A DNA stretch of 64,000 nucleotides from Leptogorgia sarmentosa (lineage: Eukaryota): the NCBI GenBank assembly GCA_964658305.1, contig OZ210885.1, positions 11,842,001 to 11,906,000 on the forward strand, given 5' to 3'. The position numbers and the translations under genes were made by a program. A model generated the notes under the pieces. The model worked only from the letters and a program-made list of their open reading frames with translations. It did no database searches and was not told where the DNA came from. Positions 47,801 to 62,800 of the stretch are shown here, one piece after another; within the stretch, counting starts at the first letter, position 1; the number at the start of each line of letters is the position of its first letter.

Positions 47801-50800
47801 GTTCTATTGGATGACCCCAGACATCGCAAAGGAATGCGTTCATATTTCGCCGATTTCAGAATCATTTACACTTATTAAAATAAATGCACAATATACCTTC
47901 CTTTAGAACTTACTTAAGATTTCGTTGAAATCCAGCATAAAATAAGGACAATATACTCATTAAAATTGTTAGCTACACGTTCGTTATATTTATAGTTCAC
48001 AAATCGCAATGACTGCGGCCGAAACGCCGGAAGTAAAATGTGCATGTCTAAAACATCAAAGGCTCCGACGTCAAATTATCCATAAACCTACACCGATGTA
48101 CCTATTAATCAAGAAGCCAATTTGTGACGCCGTCGACGACAAAAGACACGGACATGTTAACACTCCGCTGGGTGGCTACGCCTCCGCAGGCGGAGTGAAA
48201 AGGATTTCATTAAATGCAAGTTTGACTTTGCCTGCTGTCACATGCAGGCCCTATGTTGATCACATTTTAAGTCTGCCGTGCTGTAATCTTAGAGGTCACT
48301 TATATTAAATAGCCTCAAGTCTCGCCCGGTGACGCTTTGCATCACTGTAGCGATAAATAATTTAATAACCCTTTATTACGTGTTTGGTGGAGTTATCGTG
48401 GGCGTTGGAGTTCACGACAACAATTCAATTTGAGCATCAGCAGCGGCAACAGGTGGGCGCACAGAATGCTGAAGAGTTAAGGGCCGATAACATGGAGCAT
48501 TTTCAACCCCGGGGTTTAAGTCAGCCCTGTTGACAGGGTTGAAAATGCCTGCACGTGACACTCAATCTTGAATTCATAAATATGCGCTACTACGCATGCT
48601 CACATAATTTCAACCCAGGGCTGAAACGATGGCAAAATTTCTACCCCGGGTGTAATTTTAACCCAGGCTGAAGTTTCATCCCAGGTATGCCAAAATAGGT
48701 TGAAATTTCAACCCCGGGGTTTAAGTGAGCCCTGTTGACAGGGGTTGAAAATGCCTGTACGTGAATGTTTTTTTTGTATAGTTTTCCAATGTTATTCACT
48801 CGAACCCTTCAGCCAATACTCGATGAATTACGCGATCACACCTTGTGCAATTGAGATTAGAAAATAAAATAATAACAATGAAATTATTTACCTAATATTG
48901 CCACAAGGTTGCAAGAATTGTTAATCCTTAAAACTTTCTCTGTATAGGAACGACTGAAGCTTTGTCTCTTGGCGTTGTTCAAGTTCCACTCTGTGACTTC
49001 CTCTTCAGCTGCAGTAGTAAATTCGAACTTATGAGCACAAAAAAGAGAGTTGTGGACCACGCGAATTGTTTGGATTCTCCCCATGAAGATGTATTCGTAA
49101 CTATGCACGACTCCATTTTCATTTACCCGATCAATCTGTCAAAATTATCAAAAAACTGCTCAATATAACGTCCTTCCATTAAATATTTTCTCACCAATTC
49201 ACAAAACGTTATTCAGTTATAAATAGTTGTTATTATGTATTTCGAATTCGTGATTCCGATTCAGAAGCGTAATTTTCAGAATCGAAATTCTTGAATTTAT
49301 TTTACATAGTATAGGTATTTTAAATAATTGAAGGCAAGGGGGTAAATCATGGAGAGGGGGGGGGGATGAAACACGTGACCTACTTTTTCGGCTGAGGGGA
49401 TGGATGTGTTATCCCCTCACTTTTTACAGTAAATTCACGGACGATCTATCAAGTATAGTGTCCTTGATGTGTGTAAACCTAAATGAAGTGTTGGGTTTCG
49501 TAATTACAATGCAAATGTAAATTTCATCATTCACGTTGATTAGAACTATTCTTGCTAAATTATTCATGACAATAATATGTGCGGAAAACGAGTGCAATTT
49601 TGCCAAACACGAGTGCAATTTTTCATGAATACTTTGCGAGCAAATGTAATTTACTAACAGCGTCACTTGTATATCACACAGTTACACAGTGCGCAAAGTC
49701 AAACAAAAATTAAGAAAACCAAAAATGTTAACGTTGTTTTACAAGGTTGTTTTTCCAATTTTTAACGTGGGGCCAATCAACGTCATCGTAATTGACTAAA
49801 ATCAATACGAACATGGAAATCAACTGTATTCACAATGTTGATGTCTATTATGGCCCTGCTAAAAAATCCTTATTACGCACCGGGTTAAGTTGCTACGCAT
49901 GCAATGAAGGTTACAAGTGAACAATTAAGCAGATTCGTTAAATATAATTAGCTTCATAATGAAAGCCATCATCAAATTAAATACACGCATGAGCATGACC
50001 ATAGTCTTTCCCAAGTATGGACATTCGAGCAATTTCAACAGATCTTGATCTTGCATGTTATACTACAGGGTGTATAAAAAAAAAGTTTACTGATGAAAAA
50101 CATTCTCTAAACTAACGAGCGCTCAAAATTTCCAAAAACTTTCGGTTAGCATGGGTAGTTTAACACCCTCTGGTATATCTAGCACTAAGTTTATTTCAAA
50201 AACAAACTTTTTTAGAATGGGAAATGTGGTTACTGAAAGGCCCATTAAAAACGGCTTGCGCGGAAAAAATAAGTTTTCTTCACACAATTTGATTTAATCG
50301 GATGAAAATATGGAGTATGATATACAAGCTATTCAAGTTTTGAGAAATTTGGTGCACGCTGAGACGAACGGGCGATGTCCGAAAACTGGATTTTGCGTGA
50401 TTACAGATTAATTTATGCATAATTGGATATTTGCATAATTACCAATGCAAATTGCAAGCTAATTCCCAAAGGTCCGTAATTACGCGAAGAAATTGCGGAA
50501 AATCCAGTTTTCGGACATCGCACGTTCGTCTCAGCGTGCACCAAATTTCTCAAAACTTGAATAGCTTGTATATCATACTCCATATTTTCATGCGATTAAA
50601 TCAAATTGTGTGAAGAAAACTTATTTTTTCCGCGCAAGCCGTTTTTAATGGGCCTTTCAGTAACCACATTTCCCATTTTAAAAAAGTTTGTTTTTTAAAT
50701 AAACTTAGTGCTAGATATACCAGAGAGTGTTAAACTACTTATGCTAACCGAAAGTTCTTGGAAATTTTGAGCGCTCGTTAGTTTAGAGAATGTTTTGCAT

Positions 50801-53800
50801 CAGTAAACTTTTTTTTGATACACCCTGTATATTAAGACCACATGCAATACCTATACATCTACACTCTACTTTCTATTTAGGCTTATCAGGAATCAAACAG
50901 GCAAATAACTTAAATTGACATAACATTCATCAGAAAATAAACATTTTCAATCCATGCCATGGAGCAAAATTGGAATTCATAATTGAGTTTATGACTTCTG
51001 GTGGGCAAGATATTTTGGATGATTGACTGTCATTCATTTTTACTTGCGCCATCCTTTCTTCTAGAAAACTTTATATCCATAACCATAATCAAAAGCTCTT
51101 TCTTGTATTCATTTAAGCGTGTCTTCTCTTGATAGGGACTTTTGAGAATTGGATTGCGTATTTTCTGTTGTAATTTAGGCAAACATCCCAGCATGCATAA
51201 AATTAATTGCTCATCACTCAGGAAACAGCGAAAAAGTTTTCGGACATCTCTGTGGCTTATATCAGCGTGCACCAAATTTTTCGAAGCTCGATATTATAAC
51301 CTATTCTCCGTTATTGACCCGATTAAATCAAATCGCATCAATTATCTTCGTGTTATTTTTTTGAGAGCCGTTTTTAATTAACGTGCCTTAGATTTTAAAA
51401 TAAATTGGGTTCCAGATGTACCAAAAATCGAAAACTACGGCCGCATAAAACATGCAGCTAAATTATTAGTAGGTGATCATCGTAGGTGATTAATTGTTAA
51501 GTAGGAAACAACCTTTGCGAATAGAATCGAGCAAAACCTCGCCAATTTACGACAGCTTAAGACTCGGCAAAGTTATTTTACTGTTCTGAAAATGTATTTT
51601 ATACAAAAAGCACATGATGGTGGGAAAAAGAAGTTGTGGTGACTTCGCATCTCGAAATTTGTTCGGTGTATGCCCTGACATAGAAGCTTCTTTTCCGTAG
51701 AAAATGTTATTTATCGTATAATGAGAAATTTGTTTTAACCTGATCACTCTATTGCTAGCCCACGTTATTCGCAAATACATATTTTAATAAGAACCGCCTT
51801 CGCATAGTTTAACTTTTTAGGTTTTACCGTCATTTGGCACAAAATAGTATGGATTTCCTTAATATTGCATATTAAAATTCGGTTTCTTAATTATAAGTGT
51901 TATTGCATCTCGCACATTTCTGGAAATGAAACAAACATCCAGCAAGAAAAAAACTATTCGTTTGGTTGAGTTCTTCCAAATATGGTTTGAACAATGGGGA
52001 TTTCTTTCCGAATTTGCCTCCCAATTTTCAAAATGAAGATTGGGACGAAGTTAATTTGCAATAATTCTAGAAACGCTTCATAATGTGTATGTGCATATGC
52101 TGTTTTACATCATGAAATTTGAATTACAGCTCAACCTACAACAAGTAACACGTCCAAAAATAACATTTGAAAATCTCGTTTGGAAAATGATATACATACC
52201 TTTTTGCCAGAAGCAACAATGATATCATCCGAGCGGGGCACGAATTCTAACGCGGTAATGGGATCCGAACAAATGTTGTCATGTGACCATATTAACGTAA
52301 GCAAGTTTTCTTCAACATTCCAAAGCTTCACAGACCCACCGATAGACCCCGATGCAAAGTGAAGAGAACGATCATGACCTCCTACCTCGCCTTTAACTTG
52401 AGAAATGGCATCCTTGTGCGCTGGGAATTTCAACTGCGATTTATTGCTAAGATGGAACCATAACAGTTCTCCGTCATCACAACCAAGCAATGCATAGTTT
52501 GAACCAAGAGAAGTAATGCAAGTTACTTTAACTTCTGGTTGACCCAAATTAATGCTGGCCTCGGTATCATTAAAAGTTCTTAGTTCGATCCCGTTTGCCT
52601 CGTCAACAAAAACGAAACGGACATCATCACTTAATAAGCACACAAAACGTATGGCGTCTCCAGATTCGGTCTTTGCGAAAGTTTGAACTATTTTAGAACA
52701 CTCTATGTCGACCAGTGACAATGTTCCCGAACTGCTTGCAGACAAAGCAAATTTCCCATTTGATGTGATGTCAATTGCTGTAACTATCGAGTCGTCAGGA
52801 TGACCTGAAAGAAGTAAAACGTTTATTTAAAGTCATTTGAATTTGTCCAAGTCAGTGCATGAATAACACAAATTACCATAATCTTTCACACCGGGCTCTG
52901 CTTTTTGCGAGTAATACTCAAAGAAATTAACTGATAATTTTGATGGGGGAACAACATATTTTTCGGAAAGATAAGCTTGTAATTCAAATTTCATGATACT
53001 TAGACAGCAATCAATCATTGTTGAAATCTTTTAGCTTGAATGAGTGGCTTTTGAATTCGTTTCATCATCTTGGATGTTTTGGCGATCTATAGCCACTCTG
53101 CTTTTTCAAGTTACAAAATCAATAAAGTCTACTGTGTTATCGGAACAGTCGTGTATGTTTTATATTGAACTGAGGTTTATCGTTTACCAGTATGTCCCAA
53201 GAGCAAAACTGTTTGGTACCAAAATGTGGAGCGAGAAAGCATTTTTCTCGATGTGTAGCCTTTTCCTATAGATATGTCGTGAGTCCGAGACTCTATTCAT
53301 CAGCAAACACGCTTTTCCAAAAAGCAACGCGTGAAAATTTAAATTCAGAATGGCTGAGACTTCTTACGAGGAGAGATGCGTGTTGAAAAAAGTCGGATGA
53401 TTTAGATGGTTTCGACAGTTGGACTATGTTTCTCAGTAGCAGCTGTTTTTGGCATTTTGAATTTGATGAGAAAACGGTGAAGGATATCGGGGGGTATTGA
53501 TGAATTCTGAGGACATTGTTCGTACAGCCGCTGGGAAGATAGCGCGGGCTCAAATGTCGCGAATTCTGGCTATGGTGCGGACTAACAATAGCGTTATATA
53601 TCAAAATAAGGATATTGTGGTAAAGAAACGGTTAGCCAGCAGTGATTCACTCTGTTACCTTTTGCCAAATAGTTTGAGTATTATTTTTCCAAGACAAGTG
53701 CACGTCAATTGTAAACCGGATTGTTTTGCATTCATAAACTTGTTTGAGAAGTTAATATTCAATGAAAATAAGGTTATGGAATAAGAAATACTTCTTAACA

Positions 53801-56800
53801 TAGATTTGGAGCCAATTTATATAAAATCTGTCCTAATAGTCCACCTTATCTTTATATAAAATCTTTATATACTTGGTTTTGTCGTGAATTATTGCATGAT
53901 GAGCAGGTTCAGACAAATACACACTGTTACACCCAGATCTTTAACAAATGGGACAAATTACATAAAATTACATTTTTTCTTTTTTTCCCAAGATCGCATT
54001 GTTTTCAGTAGCAGATCGTCGTCATGCAGTTTTACGAACAATGCAGTTTTAGGAATTAAGGTAAGTTGCGCGATAATGAAAATCGTAGACGGTCAAACTA
54101 ATTAATCACTTACAGTCGAATATATCATTTATTTGTACCTGGATCCCGCATTTTTAACAGCAGGATGACCCAGGAAATACAATATTGGCGTCAAAAATGA
54201 CTGGAACTACAGAATTAGGGCTCGTAATTGGGGTCCTTTAATGGCAACCTCGTACCCAGGATCTCTTGTGGGAGAGACCCTGGCGCCGGCTGGTCACGTG
54301 ACTCCAATTAATATTTGTTGCTGTGGGAGGGTAGGTGAATCTCGCATATATAATTAGTTCATGACGCCATGTTGCCGAATACGAAGTGCGGGATTTTCCT
54401 TTCGTGTTTACAGTTTGCTATACTAAATAGTTTGTATAGTGAGGTGATTTTAAAGCCAAAACAGGTTATTTGCTTCGAAAAAATATTTTTCTACACACTT
54501 GACTGGGCAAGCTTGGATCGGGAGCAATATTGAGGCCATACAAGTGTTCAGCGATCTTTAACAATTCCCGATTTGATGGCTTCAAAATATCTTTGCGATG
54601 GCTCGTGTCACCGACAGTTCGGCAGAGTCGACAAGACGCGGGATCGATACAACTAGTGCAAACGGTCGCTCTGTACAATTTCTTTGGTGTTTCCTTCGAA
54701 GCCATACCGCGCAAATGACCTTCGAAGCTTTGCACATGTTAATGCTATTGTAATTTGATATGTAAATTATTTGATCCAATGCACAGAGAAAATACTAGCT
54801 CGTATATTAATTCCTCCATTGTTTTCGCGTTTAAATATTTTCTTCGCTCCTCGCTCGAATAGCTTTAATTGTACTCGAATGAACAATGTGACAAACATAC
54901 TTTCTCTCCCACCCTAAAAGGTCTTATATAAAAATCCGAGATTCTGGGAGTCACGTGACCAGCGAACGCCAGGGTATTTTCGCAGCAGGCGGCCTAGCCT
55001 ACGCTGACTCAGCGAAATTACTCTGGCTTCCGAGATTGCTTTAATAGCACTTCCAAGCAGTGAGATAACTGAATTAATCTTGATAAGGTCAAAATATACA
55101 TAACATATAATGCAAATAAATTGAAAAGGATGACGGGAAAAAATTCTTGATGAGCTAAAGAAGCATTCAGATTTACATTCACCGCAGCATCGATGTGCTG
55201 CAAATCCTATAGGATTTCTATATATCACAGCAATCTTGTAGTTTTGGCAGGGCCGTCGCTACAACGTTAATTGGGGGGGGGGGGGGGGGTGCATATTCAT
55301 ATTTTAGCGTTCTGCCGACTGATTTCTTTTGAAATCAGTTGTTTATGAAATAATTTCTAAAGAAATCAGTCGGCAGAACGCCAAAATATGAATATGCACC
55401 CGCCCAATTTACGTTCTAGCGGCGGCCCTGAGTTTTGGTATTCTTTCTCTACATGCAACACGACCTAAATAATGCATATCAGCTTGTAGATACTCGCGAT
55501 TCTCGTTGTATTGTCCGTAATCAGAAAATAGCATGTGAAGCCACGACAATTTCTTAAATCGAATCCAATACTAATTTGAATGCACTGTATTTTTCGGAGA
55601 AATATATTCTCAATTAAAACGGATATTTCACAAACATAAATTTTGCGTGTATAAAGATAGTACAATACCCTGTAGTCGCATCAATGACTTAAAAGTATTT
55701 AGAAGTTTCAAATAATCCTTCATTTACCCACCTGCATTATGCTCGACCAAACTATCTGTTGACAGATTCCCGTGGAAAAACACATTATTCTGAAGCGATC
55801 CAAATAATACTCTTTTGCCGTCAGGTGATATTACAGGTGGGACGCTCGACCCTTGACGAACAGCCGATACTTGTAGTGAGTCGAGATTGATTTCACAAGT
55901 ATGCATATCCCGGCTGCATGTGTAAATCATTTTGCCAACGCATGCTATTTCCACCGTATAGGACACGGGTAAAATGACTTCTTTCAAAGACGCATCAGGC
56001 TTTTGCCAGTCCCAGATGAACACACGGTTATCTTTGCATCCAATTATAACTTGCAACCCATCAGAACTAAAGCGAACAATCTCAGGTGTGCCATCGCTAT
56101 CAATTCCATTGATCACACTGCCATCAGACAAATTCCACACCTTGAAAAATAAAAGGAAAAGTTGTTCTGTGTGATACGCAACACGCGCTTAAAACTTGTG
56201 ACTACAATGATTTTATCGAAACTAATTATCAATACAAATAACACGCACATGAATGACTTTATAAATAGGTCTAGTTAGTTATATTATGCGTGCACCTCAA
56301 AGCGATTAAAAACCGGACATCATGCAGTTTTTAAAGATTCGGATAGAGCATAACTAGTTAGTTAATACGTTCTAGATTAGTTTTTACGTTTCAATTTCCG
56401 AGAAATACGTATTAAGTACAGACCTATTATATGACTGGACAAAGCTTCGGTAATGTATAAATGAACCAACGGCGCCCATATTGGAGTGACCATCTAAAAT
56501 CCACTGAGGTGTTTTTGACGTTCCTACAACTTTAGGTTATAACTTGGAATAAATAAACATTGTCTGAATAAATTTCGTCCAAAAATTGTGTCTTTTTCTT
56601 TTAAATTTGCTCGTGAATGACTAATGAGGTCACACCAAGAAGAACGCCGTGTGATTCTTTGTTCTGTCAACCTGAAGGATGGTATTCAGCGCCTCCTAAC
56701 GTATGGGTGTTTAGGAGGTTAGTGGCCCGCAAAACACGTAGTTGTTACTTTTTGTACTCGCATCATTGCATGCACATTGTGCTGGTATTGCTCTCTTTTT

Positions 56801-59800
56801 CCCGCAATTATAAATAAAATCTTAATTTTTTACTGTGGTTATCTGTGCTGATGAAGGGGCTCCTCGGTACGGGCTCCGAACGATCAGAATATCCTTTGTG
56901 AAGCTTTTAAAAAAGTTATGACAACCTATGTGTATGTCTTGAAGTCTTGAACTGCAAAAGGCATTTTCTTTATAATCCGACATGCTTGCATATGCGATAC
57001 CATTTACGGAAACTGCGATCGATTTCACTCATTTTAAAACTCATCTCATTCAAAATTTCTATCTTCAAAAGGATGATAAATCCAGTAGTTAAAGATCAGT
57101 GGATTAATGGGCTCGAACAGGAAATTTTGCCATCTCATGAAAAAAGTGGTGCGAATGTCCCAAAAAGCATCTTTACTGAACAATATTTACAGTTTTAGTG
57201 CTTTGCATTACGTGAGTGTGATTATTAAGATATTTTACGCTATTTGTTTAAACAGATGTCTCCTCTCAACGCAGTAACTGTAATAGCAAAGGATCGAGTT
57301 TATAGTAAAGAGAAAAGGATATCTTCCTGGAGTCAGTCCACCCTTGTGCGAAAAAATTGAACTTGACTAACATTTTACGTTGTATTCGAATCTTTGAAAA
57401 CCAGTTTCAGTTTATAAGCGGTTCAATATGGAATTAAATGAGTCATGCGAATTAGAAAATAAAAGTAGTTGCGAAGGAGATAACAAACTTTGAAACAAAT
57501 TCAGTAAGTTGTAAATTGTTGTCCAGAACTCAGCAAATTAACTATATTAGGTTAAATTAGTTGCGCTCTGAATATATCCCCTAAACGAGAGCTGAAAAAT
57601 TGCTTGAACACAATGTGAAACCGAAATTGTGTGAGATTTTACCTACTCCTTTACCAATCAACCAACCAACAATACAAACAAATCTATGATGACAGGTAGG
57701 TTCGACCGTTCCAGCGTGTGACATGCATTTTACTAGCTACCTATAGTGATGACGGTGTCTGCTGATCTATTGCGAAAGTCATAAATTTCCTGTCTCAGGC
57801 CAGAAAAACGGCAATCCAGGCAATACAAAACAAAATTTTCAGCGTGTGTATGCGTTAGGGGCGGGAGACTTGCTTCAACGGGACATTTTAAAATTAATTA
57901 CGGCGCACAGAAACAGCCTCGTCCCCGGCGCTTTAAAACAATTGCGCGGTCGCGTGACACGTGCGTGGAGGAGCGAAGGGGAAAATTGCACGAGAAGGGC
58001 CTGGCAGAAAATGCAAACAAGATGGTGGACGCGAGCAACCGCACGGCGTATCACCGTGATTTAATACACTCTTGTTTGGATAATGATGTTGAAAATGTGC
58101 GCTCAGCGATTTTGGCAATGGATCAACCGTTTGGTCTGCTTATTACAAATATGCAAAATATACAGCGTATACACTATTTATATTTAATACATGCATAATC
58201 AAACATTCAAATGAGAACATTTTTGAATAAATTTACCTTCAAAAGTCATATATTGAAGTGATTCATCTATCTAATCCATGGTTCTTCGGAAAAACAGACC
58301 AACAAGGGCGAAATTTTAAAACAAAAACCAGCAAATTCAAAATATCTCACTTTTCGACAGAAATCTCACTTTTCGATTCATTTTCTGCTCGGCCCTTCCT
58401 CCTCGCGTCGTGGGCTACTCAGACGTGTTTCCACGCGCGTGTCACGTGACCGCGCATTTGTTTTAAAACCCCGGGGACGAGGCTGGCACAGAAACACGTT
58501 TCCCGGCGTTTTCAGGCGGGAATTTGTTTTAACGATCGGTACAATCATGCATGATCTTGTGGAAAAAACCTAATGTGAATTCATAACTGTATTAGAAGAG
58601 ATATTTTCCTTTGTTAAGAAAGACAAGTAATTCACGACTTCATTCCCTGCAAAAAAGGGAGCGGGGGAACCACAGGCTCCAGAGCCCTCATCTTTCGCCG
58701 GGTCTGCCATCTAAGACACAGTAGCATGCACGACGTTAGAAATTATAGGGTTATGATTTGGTTTGAAATAAGAAATACAATTTCCGTCACTCTAACACTT
58801 CCCCAACAATATAATCTTTCTAACGATTTTGTTTAATTTATGTCTTCACTGTTTATGTACGCATTTAACTGCATTTATATAACCCCGTGAATAAAGTTAC
58901 TGGAGAAAGTTTGGTTAGTTTATTTGAGTTCAGGAGTCTACTGGAGTTTTCGTTATATTGTATCATCAGCCTTATAACATGAGCCTTTTGTGGTGATTGT
59001 AACAGATATAAATCATTAAAGTCGATAGTTGCACACTCATTTCTGTTTTGGTTTAAAATATGTCAGTACGAAGTCCTGGAATGGATTGAATGTGAAGTTA
59101 CCGGGTTCAAAACAAAGCGCATAACGGGGATGTTGTCCATTATCTTAGGTCTGCAGTCCCGCCGAGAGGGGGGGGGGCAAATTGCCCCGGGCCCCGATGT
59201 GCTGGGGCCCCTGAAAACTATTTGTTGGGCCCCTGTCGTCTTTTTCGGTTGTTGAATAATCCCGCGCAAAGGACAAAATCTCTGGTTGTTTGGGCGTAGT
59301 ACCGAGTTTTGGCGTAAAGAAGAGATAAAGTCGGTCGGAAGTAATCGCAACGTACCCGTCTGGAATTTTTTTTTGTAGTTTCCATACCCCCCTCCCCCCC
59401 TGTCGACAGAAAGTTTTTCCGGGAAAATTTTATTAGATAGGGGCCCCTAAAATAAATTTGCCCCGGGCCCACGCCTACCTCTTGGCGGCCCTGAAGGTCT
59501 GATACAAATCTTCTTTAATTTAAGAACACACCTGATATAACATCAGAAAATCAAAGTTATAGTTTATGCCAATCAACCGAAATCTGCGTATTACATATAT
59601 TGACACCTGCACGCTGATGATTTCCTCTGTGTTTTCTTCATGAATTATTAATGCTTTTCACAAGTATATGTACCCATGTTTTGTAAAAATTGTATACATT
59701 CCTAATGATGAATACGCCGAGTCGAAACGTGGAACAAACAATTCAAAAAATTTCTTGTGTTCGGATGTTTGTATTTCTGCATGTACAGTATGGCTAGTAG

Positions 59801-62800
59801 CCTTGTGTACCATACCTTTATCGAGGACTCCGTTGAGTTACATTCCTTTGACAACGACACGACATAGCGATCATCAGCAGAGACTGCAACATGTTTTGCC
59901 CATTCAAGGTCACCTATTGATCAGGAAGGAAAAATAATCAATTCAGAAATTTAAGTAAACATCAAAAGGATATTTTCTGAAACAGTCAGAAATGAGATGT
60001 GCATGATCAACTTGGACGCGTTATTAAAATTAATGTAAAAATCTTTGCAATTTAAGGATTTATATGCAATGAAAAGAAAAATCTTGAGGAGTGGATTAAA
60101 TACTGTATCTAATATGGCTGGATACTTTAACAAGCAGCAAAATTTCTATTCACCAACTGAACGATAGGCAGTGAATTTGTTTTCTAACGTTTAGGTAGTA
60201 AGTAGAACTTTTGTTGCTTGTTGATGTTGATTATATCCGGCCGAACCTTCACGGGTCGTATATTGAACCTTATTTTAGTGGGCTAGACCATAAACTATCA
60301 AAAGAATGGACTGGAAAACGCACGCTGAAACTGCACAACAACCGTGATACGCTTTATGTGGAACCACGTAACTTCACATTAAATCGTTTCCAAGACTTCG
60401 TATTGACATATTTGAAACCAGAAGAGAAATGAGTGTGCATCTATCCGCTGTTCAAAAATTCATTGCTGCAATAAGTGGTGAGGAATTTTATATCTTGATA
60501 TTTTGCTTGCGTTGTGTTTGTCATTGTTGTCTTTCAGTATCAAATATTCCGTATCTCTACACTCTTCTTTATACTCCTGTAATAAACAAACAACTTCACA
60601 GTTGCTCCATTGTACCGTTATTATTATTTACTCCTTGTGATCGCAAAGCTCACACGGGGTCACTCGATTTCTCACGGGGTCACTCGTTTTTTTTGAGGAG
60701 ATCGCTAGATGGTATACTGCAAAATAAGATATCCGCGACTGCTGTACCTTCACGTCAGCGGTGATAGAAATTTCTATTGGCGTATTCACAAAATAAACCA
60801 GTCCCAAACCATAAATCTGACCCTAACCACGAGTCCCAAACCATAACCAAAGGTTAGGGTCAGATTTATGGTTTGGGACTGGTTTATTTTGTGAGTACGC
60901 CAATAGAAATTTCTATCACCGCTGACGTGAATGTACAGCAGTCGCGGATATCTTATTTTGGAGTATACCATCCAGCGATCTCCTTTATTTTAACGATCCT
61001 TCACAATTGGTAAATACAAATCGTATGCACTCGTCAACCGTGAAGTAGCCATCAATCTCTATGTATTGTCTTTCTGTAAACGAGAGGAACTGTACGAATT
61101 TTCTAAAGCAAAGTGTATAAGTAGACAATCGCCAAATCTCATAAAACATTTCCCTTTCGTCAATGATGTAAATAGAGATGTGTACGATTTGTAAATAATA
61201 AAATTCGAATAAACGAGCCAACTGCGCATGAAGTAATTTGTTTATTGAATACAAGGAATAGTGTAGAGATACGGAATATTTGATACGCACAGATGACAAT
61301 GACAAACACAACACGAGCGAAATACCAAAATATAAAATTTCTCACCACTTATTGCTTTGTTTTCAAGTTTTATTTCGTCATTCTGCATGAAACTAGTTGA
61401 AATTTTGTAATTATGATTGGTTATAAGAATATCAAAGTAATTCTTTTCTTTACATGCAATTATCTTAGGAAATACAAATTAACGGCAATTAACGTTATTA
61501 ATTTACGAAATCCTGCTATCCATTCAAATGTACTTAACCATCGGTTTTCTGTCTTCATATCCGTGCAGAGCGTTGCAGACAATATCAATTTAGTTCAATA
61601 AAAATGAATTTAGTCAGTGAAATGAAATGAAAACGAGATCGTCCGCAACCTATTTATAAGAAAGCTGGCCCAAATAGACAATTTGAACTATACCTGTGAC
61701 AGAAAAGCACTGTGCATGTGTGTGAAGATTCCAAACTTTGAAAGTACCATCATTTGAAGCGGTAACGCATCTAGACTCATCACGAGCGATTGTGATATCT
61801 GTGACGTCATTTAAATGATCAGAGAGACTGTATTGTTCCATGTACGCAGCAGTTCCCAGGTTCCAAACCCTGATACTTCCATCCCATGACGCTGTCAATG
61901 CCTTCTTTGCATTGGGAATTATTGCGACACCGCTGAAATATTACAAGTTGATTGTTTATTTCTAATAATAATTTTTTCTACCGAAAAAAGGCAAAGACGA
62001 TCTCTGTCAGACCAATGTTATCAAAATATGCTGTATAATTTATTCATACATGATCTGGGAAATATGTCGTATTCATCAAATTTTAGTGCAAATGAAAACT
62101 ACACCTATGGTCACTTTAATTTTTGCAAAAATCTTTCTATTACTATGTCAACAATTAAGAAGATAGATAGATAGATAAAACTTTTATTCACATTGGGTAG
62201 TCCCGTCAGTAATAAAAATAACTGTTATCAACGGGAGCCCTATAGACATATTGTAGAGTTCAGTACTGCAGAAAATCAACGAAAGCAACAATACAAGATA
62301 GGGTAATGAAAGATGTACAACAGGTAAAATTATGTTGCATTGGATGTCATGCGCTTAATTTCCTACGTTTATCCCTCATTAAAATCTTTCTAAAGCCCAA
62401 GTCGTCCATTGCAAATAAGCACGACTATAGCCACAAGCCAATTAGTATATCAGTGTAATAAATAGAAATTCTTGTAGCGTTGCGAACAAATGGATGACTG
62501 AAAATTACTTTGATGGCGTTCATCTTCGCTATCTTTTCAATTCATCAATAACCGATTTCAAGAAGCAGTACGTCTAAGTGTGACTGTTAAATATCGTAAT
62601 AAATTAATACAATTACACAAAACAGAATGTGTTGTATGTTAAGCTTAATGTTATGTATCGGGTCTTCGTTGTTGCCTTGCCTGCATAACGATCCTTTCGC
62701 TAAATTAGATATAGCTGCTAGAGTGAACCCACCTGATGTAACTGGTACGACCTTCATAACAGGAAAGGCACTTTCCAGTGTGGAAACACCACAACCTCAC

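Noticed and set aside
52833..53640. Additional WD40 exon(s)
   Set aside because: There are no WD motifs and multiple stops, and the flanking exons already join in phase. This is probably decayed transposon sequence.
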